NCBI RefSeq assembly: GCF_004010195.1
Contig: NW_025215381.1
Coordinates: forward strand, 377,003 to 441,002
DNA length: 64,000 bases
Reading direction: 5' to 3'
DNA from: Chiloscyllium plagiosum
Lineage: Eukaryota
Under the pieces are notes generated by a model that saw nothing but the letters and a program-made list of their open reading frames with translations, had not been told where the DNA came from and did not search any database. Below, piece by piece: positions 50,004-63,631 of the stretch. Every line of letters starts with the position of its first letter. Position 1 is the stretch's first letter. The position numbers and the translations under genes were made by a program.

Positions 50004-51469
50004 CTGTGAAGAGAGACAAAGCTTCAAGTCTCTCTCGGCTTCAAAGCTGCTTGCAACCCTTCCTTAAGCTTCTGGTACTGACATAATTTGAGTAAAACAG
50101 CCAGTATTCGAGCAAAAGTTTGCATGAAACTCACACCACTACCCACTGACTAAAATAATTAAATGTGGCAGAAACAGTGCAGTGTTAGCAATTACTTCAG
50201 ATAACCAGAGGCAATCACTGTGTACACAATAAGCGGACTGAGGACCACAAGCTGAGATGGACTCCAGGCCTTTGTTATACAACTGACTCTGATCTGTCCA
50301 CTGAAATAGTTGAATAAGCCACTCTGTCCGAGTGAATGGGCAACAAAAACATGTTGGTGGCACCCATATCCCATGAATGAATAAAGAACTTGAAAAATTT
50401 CAGAGGGCCTACCTGGTATTAAACCAAGATAATAAGATGAGTATCCTTGTAATTCCTTTAACTATTCACTAGGATCTTTGGGAATTGGGAGAGAAAGGCT
50501 CATACAAGTTATCAATCGAGAACCTGATGTGAGAGCAAGGTTCCAAATCAGACACACAAAAGGATTTCGGAACAAGATTGTTGAGACAGTGGAGAAAATA
50601 TTTACCAGGATTATTTCAGGGATGAGGTTTTAGCGATGAAGTTAGATTGGAGAAGCTGGGCTTGCTCTTCTCAAAGCGAAGGAGACTAGGGGAGATTTCA
50701 ACAAGGTATGTGAGGTGACGAGAGACTTGGATAAGACAGGCAAGGGAACGCCCCATTATTTTATGCTAGAAAGAAGAGGGACACATTTTAAAAATTTTGG
50801 AAAAAAAGATATGGGGATTGGCAGCAAAGTGGGATAGACTGTTGCACCCACCACATTGAGTGGTATAGATCTGGAATTCACTGCCCACAAGTGGATTCAA
50901 TAAATTATTTCACCGGGGAGGGTGGGGTGAGGGAGTCGGGAGAGGGGGAGAGAAAGCACACAATGTAGGGGACGAGTGAGGGAAGGAGAAAGAGAAAGTG
51001 TGCGATGGGGAGGTAAAGAGAGAGAGGAAGTGACAGGGGAGGCAAGAGAGCATAAGGAGGAATGATAAAGTGGGAGGTGAAGAGAGGGAGAGCGGGAGNN
51101 NNNNNNNNNNNNNNNNNNNNNNNNNNNNNNNNNNNNNNNNNNNNNNNNNNGTGGGGGGGGGGGGGGAGGAGGAAAGTAGATATAGAGAAAAAAAGAGAAA
51201 TTAGGGGGAAGGGTTAATTGGGTTCTTCTGGGAGCTGGCAAAGATTTGATGGGTTAAGTGGCCTCCTACGTCATAATGACTGTTGTCCTTCACATGTTTA
51301 TTGAACTTCCCCTAAAAGCATCTGAATGTGCTACATGTCTCAACTGCTCCTGATACTGCAATTTCAGTCATCCCTTAGTCACAAATTTGTTCCTGAACAG
51401 TCCGCTGGGAGTTACTACTTATTGTCTTATGTTTCTAAGTCCTAATTTTAATCTTAGATGCCACATACA

Positions 51470-52130
51470 AAGAACAAACAAAATTACAGCACAGGAACAG
51501 GACCTTCGGTGCGCCAAGCCTAAGTCGATCTAGATCCTCTATCTAAGGATCTATATCCCTCTGCTTCCTGCCCATTTTCTGTATATGTTTAAATGCATCA
51601 TAAATGATGCTATCGTGCCCACCCCTACCACCTCCACTGGCAATGTGTTCCAGGCACGGACCACCACTGCGTAAAGACTTTTCCACACATATCTCCCCTA
51701 AACGTTTCCCCTTTCACCTTGAACTCATGATCCCTAGTAATTGAGTCCTCCTCTCTGGGGAAAAAGCTTCTTGCCATCCACCCTGTCTATAACACTCATG
51801 ATTTTGTAGGCCACAGTTAGGATCCGCCCTCAGCTTCCATCCTTCTAATGTAAATAATCCTAATTTACTCAAACCTCTCTTCATAGCTAGCACCCTCCAT
51901 ACCAGGCAACATCCTGGTGAACCTCCTCTGCACTCTCTCCAAAGCATCCACACCCTTTTGGTAATGTGGCGACCAGAACTGCGCGCAGTATTCCAAATGT
52001 GGCCGAACTAAACTCTTACACAACTGTAACATAACCTCCGACTCTGGTACTCAATACCCCGCCCGATGAAGGGAAACATGCCGTATGCCTACTTGACCAC
52101 TCTATTGACCTGCGTTGGAATCTTCAGGGA
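51470..52130 (-). mobile_element. CR1-clade LINE 3' fragment
   Basis: Minus strand encodes VRPHLEYCAQFWSPHYQK; tail near 51470. Confidence 0.8.
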
Positions 52131-52134
52131 ACAA

Positions 52135-55100
52135 TCGGTTTTGTGTTTCAGCAGCAGGAAGAGTGGGAGCATCGACTAGGAGGCTGACAGGAAGGGAAGG
52201 TGTATCACTAATTTAAAAATTTACCTTAAGCATCAGGCCCTCCATTTTTGTTTCAACAGTAGGAAGCGCGGAGGCGTCAACCAAGGGGGCTGACGGGAAG
52301 GTGAGTCACTGATTTAAAAACTTACCTCATGAATAGGCGGAGCACACACTGAGCAGGAGCAGACATGGGACTGCTAAGAAAGTGAAGTAGTATATTTGTG
52401 AGGTTGAGTTACCTAAAACAATAGTTAGGTAGTATCTCCCACCTATCCTCCTCCTCTAACCCAAAAAAAGGTTCTGTGCGCCGGATTAACAGGGTAACTA
52501 GTGCTTTTTTTATTCTTTATTTTTCTACGGTCTCTTTGGGAATTTAGAATAGTTAGAATGGAGGTTAGGGCAGCTAATGTTCCTCGTGCAGAATGTGGGA
52601 GGTAAGGGTCATCAGTAGTGTCCCTGCTGAATTCATTTGCAGTAAGTGCACCCAACTCCAGCTCCTCGAAAACAGAGTCAGGGAACTGGAGCTGGATGAA
52701 CTTTGGATCATTCAGGTGGCGGAGGGGGTTATTGAGAGGAATTACAGGGAGGTAGTCACACCTCAGGTGCAAGAAAGAAGCAGAAGGGCTACAGTCAGGG
52801 GATGGAAAGAGATCCAGCAGTTAGTGCAGGGTATCCCCGTGACTGTTTCCCTCAATAAGAAGTGTAATGCTTTGGATACTGTTTGGGGGGGACGGGGAAA
52901 CCACTTCCCAGGGTAAGCCATCGGGTACAGGTCTCGGGCACTGTTGGTCATAAGTGGGGGGGGGGGGAGGGGGTGGGGAGAGAAAGACATGAGGGGGGGG
53001 GAGGGGGGGGGGGCTTGTGCAAGGTGTGCTGCTGAACAGGGAGTGGACTTAGCAAGTGCTTACTGTGTCAATCCCCCCCAAGCCATGGTCCACAGAGGTA
53101 CTAACGACATAGGTAGGAAAAGGGATGGGGATTTAAGGCAGAAATCCAGGGAATTAGGGTGGAAGCTTAGAACTAGAACAAACAGAGTTGTTATCTCTGG
53201 TTTGTTGCCCGTACCATGTGCTAGAGTCGCGAGGGAATAGGGAGAGAGAGGAGTTGAGCATGTGACTACATGGATGGTGCAGGAGGAAGGGTTTCAGATA
53301 TCTGGAAAATTGGGCCTCTTTCTGGGGTAGGTGAGACCTCTACAAACAGGATGATTAAGCCCCCTTTGGGAGGGCTTAAACTAATTCAGCAGGGGATTGG
53401 GAACCTAAATTGTAGTTCCAGTGTCCAGGAGGTAGAGAGTAGTGAGGTCAGAAATAAAGTTTCAAGGTCGCAAGAGTTCACTGGCGAGCAGGAAGGTGGT
53501 TTGAAGTGTGTCTACTTCAACACCAGGAGCATCAGAATAAGGTGGGTGAACTTGCAGCATGGGTTGGTACCTGGGACTTTGATGTTGTGGCCATTTCGGA
53601 GACATGGATAGAACAGGGACAGGAATGGTTGTTACGAGTTTTGGGATTTAGAGGTTTCAGTGAGAACACAGAAAATGGTAAAAGAGGGGGAGGTGTGGCA
53701 TTTTTAGTCAAGGACTGTATTAGGGTGGCAGAAAGGACATTTGAGGATTCATTTACAGAGGTAGTATGGGTTGAGAAACAGGAAAGGAGTTTCTCGAGGC
53801 CTCCGAATAGTTCCAGAGATGTAGAGGAAAGAATAGCAATGATGATTCTGGATAGAAGCAAGAATAACAGAGTAGTTGTTATGGGGGAGACTTTAACTTT
53901 CCACATATTGACTGGAAATACTGTAGTTAGAGTACTTTAGATGGGTCAGCTTTTGTCCAATGTGTGCAGGATGGTTTTCTGACAGTATGCAGACGAGCCA
54001 ACAAGGGGATAGGTCACACTGGATTTGGTACTGGGTAATGAACCTAGCCAGGTGTTAAGATTTGGAGGTGGGTGAGCACTTTGGTCACAATGAGCCTTAC
54101 TTTGGTTGTGGGTAAAGTATTGGAAAACGTTATAAGAGGTGGGATTTATAATAATCTAGAAAAGAATAAGTTAATTAGGGATAGTCAACACGGTTTTGGT
54201 GAAGGGTAAGTCATGCCTCACAAACCTTATTATGTTCTTTGAGTTGGTGACCAAACAGGTGGAGGAGGGTAAAGCGGTTGATGTGGTGTTTATGGATTTC
54301 AGTAAGGTGTTTGATAAAGTTCCCCATGGTATACTATTGCATAAAATATGGAGGCATGGGATTAAGGATGACCTAGCAGCTTGGATCAAAAATTGGCTAG
54401 CTGAAAGACAACAGAGGGTGATTGGTGGTTGATGGGAAATGTCCATCCTGGAGTTCAGTTACTAGTGATGTACTGCAAGGATCTGTTTTTGGGCCACTGC
54501 TGTTTGTAATTTTTATAAATGACCTGCATGAGGACATAGAAGGATGGGTTAGTAAATTTACAGATGATAATAAGGTCGGTGGAGTGGTGGGTATTGCTGA
54601 GTGATGTTGCAGGTTACAGACTGACAAAGATAAGCTGCTGAACTAGGCTGAGAGGTAGCAACTGGAGTTTAATGCAGAGAAGTGTGAGGTGATTTATATT
54701 AGATTGTTTAATGCAGAGAAGTGTGAGGTGATTTATATTAGATTAGATTAGATTAGATTAGATTACTTACAGTATGGAAACAGGCCCTTCGGCCCAACAA
54801 GTCCACACTGACCCGCCGAAGCTCAACCCACCCATACCCCTACATTTACCCCTTCTTATTTAACACTACGGGCAATTTAGCATGGCCAATTCACCTGACC
54901 TGCACATCTTTTGGACTGTGGGAGGAAACCGGAGCACCCGGAGGAAACCCACGCAGAGAATGTGCAAACTCCACACAGTCAATCGCCTGAGTCGGGAATT
55001 GAACCTGGGTCTCTGGCGCTCCTTACTTTGGAAGGAGCAACAGGAATAAAGAGTACTGGCTTAATGGTAAGATTCTTGGTAGTATAATTGAGCAGAGAGA

Positions 55101-55775
55101 TCTCGGTGTCCATGCACACAGATCCCTGAAAGTTGCCACCCAGGTTGATAGGGTTGCGAAGAAGGCATACGTTGTGTTAACTTTTATTAGTAGAGGGTTT
55201 GAATTTCAGAGCCACGAGATCATGCTGCAGCTGCAGAAAACTCTGGTGCGGCCTCACTTGGACTATTGTGTACAGTTCTGGTCACCATATTATAGGAAGG
55301 ATGTGGAAGCTTGGGAAAGAGTGCAGAGGAGGTTTACTTGGATGTTGCCTGGTATGGAGAGAAGGTCTTATGAGGAAAGGTTGACGGACTTGAGGCTGTT
55401 TTCATTAGAGAGAAGAATATTGAGAGGTGACTTAATTGAAACATAAAAGATAATCACAGGGTTAGATAGGGTGGACAGTGACAGCCTTTTTCCTCGGATG
55501 GTGATGGATAGCACGAGGAGACATAGCTTTAACTTGAGAGGTGATAGAAATTGGACAGATGTCAGAGGTAGTTTCTTTACTCAGAGTGGTAGGGGTGTGG
55601 AACGCACTCCCTGTAACAGTAGTAGACTCGCCAACTTCAAGGGCATTTAAATGGTCATTGGATAAACATATGGATGAAAATTGAATAGTGTAAGATAGGT
55701 TTCAGATTGGTTCCGCAGGTTGGCACAACATCAAGTGCCAAAAGGCCTCAACTGTGCTGTAATGTTCTATGTTCT
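52135..55775 (+). mobile_element. decayed CR1-clade LINE with 5' UTR, ORF1 (zinc finger/coiled coil + esterase) and internally deleted ORF2
   Basis: CSSCRMWE…FICSKCTQLQLLENRVRELE; VHRGTNDI…VISGLLPVP; YFN…ETW; RT motifs; gttctatgttct tail at ~55764-55774. Confidence 0.9.
54738..55020 (-). mobile_element. HE1-like V-SINE, 5'-truncated, inside CR1
   Basis: (attag)n tail and V core. Confidence 0.85.
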
Positions 55776-56310
55776 TACTGAAGTCCATGTATATGACATT
55801 TACAGCCCTTCCCTCTGCAAACAACTTTGTCACTTCCTCAAAAGAATTCTATTAAGCTGCCTGACCTATTAAGACATGACCTTCCCTGCACAAAAACCAT
55901 GTTGCCTATCAGTGATCCGCCCATTTTTGTCCAAATGGGAATATATCCTATCCCTCAGTATCTTCTCCAGCAGTGTCCGTACCACTAATGTCAGGCTCAG
56001 CTGTCTAAAACTACCTGGACTATCCCTGCTACCCTTCTTAAACAAGGGGACAGCATTAGCAATTCCCCAGTGTCCAGGATCTCATGCGTGTTCAAGGTAC
56101 CTAGGTACCTGTTAAGGCTCCAGCTATTTCCTCTCTCACTTGCTTCAGTAACCTGGGATAGCTGCCATCTGGACCTGGGGACATGTCCATATTCCTCCCT
56201 TACTTGCCCTAGGATGATCAAATATCTATCCCTAACATCAACATCCATCATGTCCCTCTCCTCGGTGAACACCAATGCAAAGTACTCGTTAAGAATCTCA
56301 AAGGCAGCCA
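55776..56310 (-). mobile_element. CR1-clade ORF2 fragment
   Basis: EILNEYFALVFT; ANAVPLFKKG. Confidence 0.75.
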
Positions 56311-57367
56311 TGCACTTTTGTCCTCCCCATGCGACAGAAAAGATTGATAAGTATGAAGTACAAACTCTCCCCACTAATTGAGTTACAGGGAAAATCAGAA
56401 TGCAGAAATCAGCAAGGCATGGACCATCAGTCATAGATTGTCAATATCAAAGTATGAGAAACAACCTGTAGAAAGGGAACATTTGTTTTCTGAAACAATC
56501 AGACAAATATATATTAGAAAATGTTAGATAGCTGGCACAGTGGCATGAAATAATCCCATCTTGAAGCTAATTAATCACGGTGCAAAGCTCAATCATTTCT
56601 GGTTGTCAATAGAGGACTCGGCTGAAGACGGCTGGAAATCTGTCTCATATCATATGCACATTTACTTGCACAAAGTGTTATCACCACACAAACTGCATGT
56701 GTACAGAGGATCAGTGTACACTTCGGGGAGGCGGGGGTAAAATCTTAATTTTAGCAAAAGCCAGAGATGAGAAGTGGCACAGAATGCAGGAACTACACTG
56801 TGCACTATGAAGAATTTTGGGGTTTTTCAAGGGTAGTGGGAGAGAAAAAGCAGGAGACAGAGAGGGATAGAGAGAAGAAACAAACCAAGCATAATGGAGT
56901 TATGGAAGCAGTAGGTGGAACACCAGGTTAACCTGCAATAATCAAGGTTGGTCAGTGACATATGCGTCAGCTGAGGTTAGCTTCATACAAAAGGTGGAAG
57001 CTTTCTCCCCCTAAGTAGTTAAGTATATCTAATCTGGTATTCAGAAATGGGGACATTCATCTCACTTGTACCCAAAACCTGCTTGCTGAAAGCGATATTA
57101 TAAGACTGTTTGCATGCAGAATTTATATATTCTGAGCATTCAGTTATATCATAATTTAGATGGGTAGAATCATGATTGATAATCTATTGAAAAATAGTCC
57201 TTCAATCAAAAATACTTTGAGAAATCATCCAGTTGAGGAGATGTGATACAATGGTTTGTCATCATGATTGGAGCTAGATACCAGCTTGGTACAAATGGTA
57301 GCTCTTCCATCTCAATGTCCAAAGTATTTCACCCAAGGGTGCATCACCTGAAGGGTCAGCTTTCACA

Positions 57368-60300
57368 TGAACATAGAACAGCATAGCACAGTACAGGCCC
57401 TTTGGCCCACAATGTTGTGCCAAGCATTGATCTTACTGTAAGATCTACACACCCCTCAATTTACTGCCATCCATATGCCTGTCCAGCAGTTGCTTAAATG
57501 TCTCTCATGTCTCTGACTCTACCACCACTGCTGGCAGTGTGTTCCGCACACCTACCACTCTCTGCATAAAGAACTTACCTCTGACATCTCCCCTATGCCT
57601 TCCTCCAATCACCTTCACCTGTCACCCCTCGTGACAGCCATTTCTGCTCCTGGGGTGGGTCTCGCATATCTCAACCTCTCTTCATAAGACAAGCCCTCCA
57701 ATCCAGGCAGCATCCTGGTTAAATCTCCTGTGCACCCTCTCTAAAGTCCTTCCTATAAAGAGGCAACCAAAACTGGACACAATATTCCAAGTGTGGCCTA
57801 ACCATGGTTTTATAAAGCTGCAGCAAAACCTTGTAGCTCAAACTCAATCCCCCTGTTAATGGAAGCCAAAGCACATGCGCCATCTTAACTACCCTATCAA
57901 CTTAGTTGGCAACTTTGAGGGATCTATGTATATGGACCTCAAGTTCCCGCTGTTCCTCCACACTGCTAAGAATCCTATCTTTAACCTATGTTCAGGGTTC
58001 AAATTTGACCTTCCAAAATGAATCACTTCACATCCGTCCAGGTTGAACTCCATCTGCCACTTCTCAGCCAAGCTCTGCATCCTGTCAATGTCATGTTTTA
58101 ACCTGCAATAGTCCTCGCCACTATCTACAACACCACCGACCTATGTGTCATCAGTAAACTTACTAACCCACCCTTGCATTTCTTCATCTAAGTCATTTAT
58201 AAAAACTACAAAGAGCAGAGGCCCAAGAACAGATCCCTGCGGGACACCACCTTTCACCGACCTTCAGACGGAATACCTTCCATCCACTACCACTCACTGT
58301 CATCTTTCAGCTAGCCAATTCTGTGTCCAGACAGTTAAATTTCCCTGTATCCCGACCTCCTAACTTTCTGAATGAGCCTACCATGGGAAACTGTATCAAA
58401 TGCCTTACCGAAATCCATATACACCACGTCCACTGCTCGACCTTCGTCAACTTGTCTTCTCATATCCTCAAAGAACTCAATAAAACTTGTGAGGCATGCC
58501 CTGCCCCTCACAAAGCCATTCTGACTATCTTTAATCAAACTATGTTTTTCCAAATAGTCATAAATTCTGATCTCTCAGAATCCTTTCCAGTACCTTGCTT
58601 ACCACATACATAAGAAAGACTGGCCTGTAACTCCCAGGGATTTCCCTATTCCCTTTTTTTGAACAGAGGAACAACATTCACCTCCCTCCAATCAGTCGGG
58701 GTTCTACTCCCGTGGAGAGTGAGGATGCAAAGATCATCGCCAGAGGCACAGCAATCTCATTCCTTGCTTCCCGTAGTAACCTCGGATATATCTGGGCTGG
58801 CCCTGGGATTTTATCTTGATGCTTCCCAGAATTTCCAGCACATCAACTTCCTCAATATCCTCAAGCCTATTAACCTGGTCCACTGTGTTCTCACTATCAA
58901 CAAGGTCCCTCTCTCCACTGAATACTGAAGTAAAAAACTCCCTTAAGGCCTCCCCTACCTCTTCAGACTCCAGGCACAAGTTCCCTCCACTATCCCTGAT
59001 CGGCCCTGATCTCTTTGATCACTCTCTATATCCATTGGAACGCCTTTGGGTTTCCCTAATCCTTCCTGCTAAGGCTTTTGCGTGCCCCCTCCCACCTCTC
59101 CTCAGTCCATTTTTGAGTTTTTTCCTAGTTATCCTGTAATCCTCTAAAGCTGTGCCAGATCCTTGCTTTCTCAACCTTAAGGAAGACCTCGATGAGAAAC
59201 TTCTCTGCTCTCGTCATCCAAGACTCCTTCACTTTACCACTTCTTGCCTGTCTCAGTGGGACAAAGTTATCCAACACTTGCAACAAGTGCTCCTTAAACT
59301 GTCTCCACACTGTTGTTGTGCATTTCCCATGGAACAATTGTTCCTAATTTATACTCTATTGCTCCTGTCCAATAGCAGTATAATTACCACACACACCCCA
59401 CAATTAAATACCTTCCCATACCGCCTGTTCCTATCCCGCTCCATGGCTTTGGTAAAGGTGAGGCAGTTGTGGTCATTGTAACAAAATGCTTTCTCACCAC
59501 GAGATCTGACACCTAGCCAGTCTTGTTGCTTAGCACCAGATCCAATATAGCTTCTTCCACAACCATCAGCCCCCCGAACACCCCACACCACCACCTCAAC
59601 CCACCCAGTCGGTCTATCTACATATTGAGTCAGGAATCCTTCCTGGAAACACCTGACAAAATCAGTTCCATCCAGACCATCTACACTAAGGAGATTCCCA
59701 ATATTGGGGAAGTTGAAGTCACCGATAACAGCAACTCTGTTACATCTGCACCTTACCAAGATCTGCTGTCTAATCTGTTCTTCCAGCTCTCTGTTGCTAT
59801 TGGGGGTCTATAGAAAACACCCAATAAAGTGACTGCTCCTTTCCTGTTACTGACTTCCACCCATACTGACTCAGTAGACAAAACCTCTTCAACAACTTTC
59901 TTTTCTGCAGTTGTGATGCACTCTCTAACAACACGGCACGGTGTTTGGGCGGCACGGTGGCACAATGGTTAGCACTGCTGCCTCACAGCGCCAGAGACCC
60001 GAGTTCAATTCCCGACTCAGGCGACTGACTGTGTGGAGTTTGCACATTCTCCCCGTGTCTGCGTGGGTTTCCTCCGGGTGCTCCGGTTTCCTCCCACAGT
60101 CCAAAGNNNNNNNNNNNNNNNNNNNNNNNNNNNNNNNNNNNNNNNNNNNNNNNNNNNNNNNNNNNNNNNNNNNNNNNNNNNNNNNNNNNNNNNNNNNNNN
60201 NNNNNNNNNNNNNNNNNNNNNNNNNNNNNNNNNNNNNNNNNNNNNNNNNNNNNNNNNNNNNNNNNNNNNNNNNNNNNNNNNNNNNNNNNNNNNATCTAAT

Positions 60301-60925
60301 CTAATCTAAACACTACCCCCTCTCCTCTTTTACCCCCCCCCCCCCCCCCCCGCCTCCCTGTTCTGTTAAAAAGATCTAAACCCTGGAACATTCAGCAACC
60401 ATTCGTGCCCTTGTGAAATCCATGCCTCTGTTATTGCAATAACTTTGTGTACCGAGTACTGATCCATGCTCTACGTTCATCACTCTTAATCCTGACTTTC
60501 CTTGCATTGGAACAGACACACTTTAATCCATCCCTTTGCTCTATCAACTGTGTATCCTTCCTGACAGATACTCTGCATTCCATTTCTGCCCATTCAACAA
60601 CTACTCTCTCCTCTGATCTGTAGCTCTGGTTCCCATCCCCCTGCCAAATTAGTTTAAACCCTTCCAAAGTGCACTAGCAAATCTCCCGCCCAGGACATTG
60701 CGCTCCTCCAGTTTAAGTGCAACCTGTCCTTCATGTACCAGTCGAACCTTCCCCAGAAGATACCCCAATGATCTACATATCTGAAGCCCTACCTCCTGCA
60801 TCAGCCCTGCAGCCACGTGTTTAGCTGCACATGCTTTCTGTTCCTTGCCTCACTAGCACGTGACACCGTTACTAATCCAGAGATTACTACTCTGCTCGCT
60901 CTGCTTTTTAGCTTCCAACCTAATT
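57368..60925 (-). mobile_element. decayed CR1-clade LINE (esterase, APE, RT, tail) with nested SINE
   Basis: GVFYRPP, GDFNFPNI, VYMDFGKAFD, WQMEFN; tail at ~57368. Confidence 0.88.
59947..60310 (+). mobile_element. HE1-like V-SINE spanning an assembly gap
   Basis: Head before the gap and atctaatctaatct tail after it. Confidence 0.82.
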
Positions 60926-61184
60926 ATATATTACAACTGAGGCTCAGGTGCCAATTTGAAGAGAAGCAATGGGTTTGCTTGGTGTCAATACATCCCACAT
61001 TGCCACTTTTAAAAAGGCCTCTGGGCAATTCAGGAATTACCAGAAGTGGAAATTGTGAAAGGATATCCAATGAATACCCTCCTGCTTTCTCTAGCATTTT
61101 CCAGACTGATTATTCTAGACAGCTTCTTCATTTAGGTGTAAACTTTGAGCAAGGAGTATTACAAGCTGGAATAATTAGCATCAT

Positions 61185-61535
61185 AGACTCCCTACAGTGT
61201 GGAAGCAAATCATTCGGTCCATTGAGTCCATACCAACCCTCCAAACAGCATCCCATCCAGATCCATCACCCTACCCTGTCCCTATAATCCTGCATTTCCC
61301 ATGGCCAATCCACCTAACCTGCACACTCCTGGACACTATGGACAATTTAGCATGGCCAATCCATCTAAAGTGCACATTTTGTGACTGTGGGAGGAAACCA
61401 GAGAACCCAGAATTAACCAATGCAAACACGGGGAGAATGTGCAAATTCTATAGACAGTCACCCCAGGGTGGAATAAAACCCGGGTCCCCTGGTGCGATGA
61501 AGCAGCGGTGCTAACCGCTGAGCCACCGTGCTGCC
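61185..61535 (-). mobile_element. older V-SINE copy
   Basis: Diverged head and V core on the reverse strand. Confidence 0.75.
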
Positions 61536-61726
61536 CCTTTTTCTTCCGTACGAAGCTTACTGATGTCCAACCTGCATCTTGTTTATGTGACTGCCACAAC
61601 GTATCGTACTAACCGAAAGACAAAGTTGCTTGGTGAACAGTGATGTTTCATAGCAGCATCATGCACCTGCACTCCTAATGTAAGATGTGAGTTTACAGAA
61701 TGTGGCCTGCAAGGTGCGTAGACCTG

Positions 61727-62109
61727 AGGTTAGATCAGATAGGTGCTAGAAAAGCACAGCAGGTCAGGCAGCATCCGAGGAGCAGGTAAATCGACGTTTC
61801 AGGCAAAAGCCCTTCATCAGGAAGTCCTTCAATCGACGCCTGGAGGAAGAACGCCCCATCCTCCGCCTCGGAACACCTCAACCCCAGGGCATCAACGCGG
61901 ACCAACGGATGCCCTGGGGTTGAGGTGTTCTAAGGCGGAGGATGGGTCATTCTTCCTCCAGGCGTCGGGTGAAGGACTTCCTGATGAAGGGCTTTTGCCC
62001 GAAATGTCGATTTTCCTGCTCCTCGGATGCTGCCTGACCTGCTGTGCTTTTCCAGCACCACTCTGATCTAAACTCTGGTTTCCAGCATCTGCAGTCCTCA
62101 TTTTTGCTT
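61727..62109. mobile_element. fold-back Penelope-derived insertion, ~165-bp arms, 14-nt loop
   Basis: Arms meet at 61893/61908 with hammerhead cores on both strands; aggtgc(g/a)tagacctg at 61712-61726 and 62110-62124. Confidence 0.85.
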
Positions 62110-62481
62110 AGGTGCATAGACCTGCCAAATTACTGCATCTTCACATTTCTAAAATTGTTCATTTTTCCATTTCTATATGTGCTCAGTCTCTGGAAGGTTC
62201 TCATGAACAGATTGCATCTTTTTCTCTTTGACGGCCTTGCCAGAGAACTGGCAGACAGGTATGTCACCCCACTGTTGGATAGCAAACAGAAGCAAGGACA
62301 ATTTTCTTTGCTCGGTCTTTTTCTGTGTAGATGAATAGAACCTGAATTGGTGTTCAGAGGGGAAGAGAATTTCCTTTGGCAGACAGCAACAGGTGCTTAA
62401 TGTGCCAGTCCTCCGGGTAATACCTAGAGCCAACTTTCTGACCTCCAATGTAAGCAGAAACATGCCTCGCCGAGCACCTAC

Positions 62482-62608
62482 CCTCTGAACAATCATTGTC
62501 CCATCTCCATAGGTGTTGCTGGGTGTATCAGCTGCTGAAGGCTCCTCTTCATCATGCACCACCATTGTGTTTATGCTGTCTGTGTCACCATCTTTGTTAC
62601 GGGTTGGT
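62482..62608 (-). CDS. MINK1: MINK1 (MAP4K6)-like kinase, first coding exon visible in window (gene continues beyond window end); 127 nt, PTRNKDGDTDSINTMVVHDEEE...GTMIVQR
   Basis: Acceptor ttcgttttttAG and donor AGG|GTagg read on the minus strand. The peptide resembles MINK1 DGDTDSVSTMVVHD...GTMVVQR. Phase is compatible with the next exon. Confidence 0.88.
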
Positions 62609-62944
62609 CTAAAAAACGAAGCCAAAAATTTGAAAAAATTTCAGAAGCAATAGAATTCCCTTTCAGCATCAATATTTCTGTCACTACTTTAGGACTTGGA
62701 CTTCACCTACAGTGAAGGGGCTGTCATTATTAGAAAGTCATGGCTGTCATTTTTCAAGGCAAATCATATTACAAACATCTATCCTGTATTTCTTCTTTTA
62801 TTCTTTATTCATGCATGGGATGTGGGTGACACTGCTAACAACAGCATTTGTTGCCCTTCCTAATTATTGCTGAATTGAAGGGCTTTGTTGATCATTTCTG
62901 AGATTAGTTAGGAGTCAATCACATTGCTGTGGATCCGCTGTCAA

Positions 62945-63398
62945 ACACGGATTGTTTTCTCTGGAGTGACGGGGGGAGGAGGAAGGGGGGGGGGGGGAGA
63001 AGGGGTGGTGAGGGGAGACTTCACAAAAGTGCATAACATTATGACATTCACAAATAAGGTTGACGGTCAGAATCTATTTCCCAGAGGTGAAATATCTTAT
63101 ACTAAAGGGCATGCATTTAAGGTGAGGGGAAAGGTCAAAGGAAATGTGAGGGACAAGATTTTTTCCCCCCCCCCCCACCCCCCCACAGAGAGTGGTAGAA
63201 ATCTGGAACGCACTGCCAAGGGTAGTGGTGCAGCCAAATAAGACAGGGGAGTGTAAGGGACTTTTCAATAATGAATATGCAGGGAATGGAGGGATATGGA
63301 CTAAGGACAGGCAGAAGAGCTTACTTCAATTTGGCATCATGTTCAACACAATATCTTGGAAAAGGGTTCATTCCTGTGCTGTACTGTTCTATGTTCCC
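62945..63398 (+). mobile_element. CR1-clade 3' fragment
   Basis: LFPR…TKGHAFKVRG; WNALP; gttctatgttc tail. Confidence 0.7.
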
Positions 63399-63468
63399 TG
63401 ACTCCAGGTAAACAGACAGTAAATTTCTTTCCCTCAAGGAGCCATTAGTGAGCCAGGTAAGTTTTTAT

Positions 63469-63631
63469 CCAAGGAACAGGAGAATCGACGTTTCGGCATA
63501 AGCCCTTCCTGAAGAAGGGCTTATGCCCGAAACGTCGATTCTCCTGTTCCTTGGATGCTGCCTGACCTGCTGCGCTTTTCCAGCAACACAATTTCAGCTC
63601 TGATCTCCAGCATCTGCAGCCCTCATTTTCT
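63469..63631. mobile_element. fold-back Penelope-derived insertion, ~40-bp arms
   Basis: Exact 16-bp TSD ccaggtaagtttttat at 63453-63468 and 63632-63647; core ctgaagaagggcttatgcccgaaacgtc at ~63509. Confidence 0.85.

Noticed and set aside
24651..62608. Assignment to MAP4K4 or TNIK
   Set aside because: Linker exons (DGDTDS, QSRGLVK-PGKSSFT-FVDLG) and [21 protein letters not shown] fit MINK1 better by recall; a phylogeny would be decisive.
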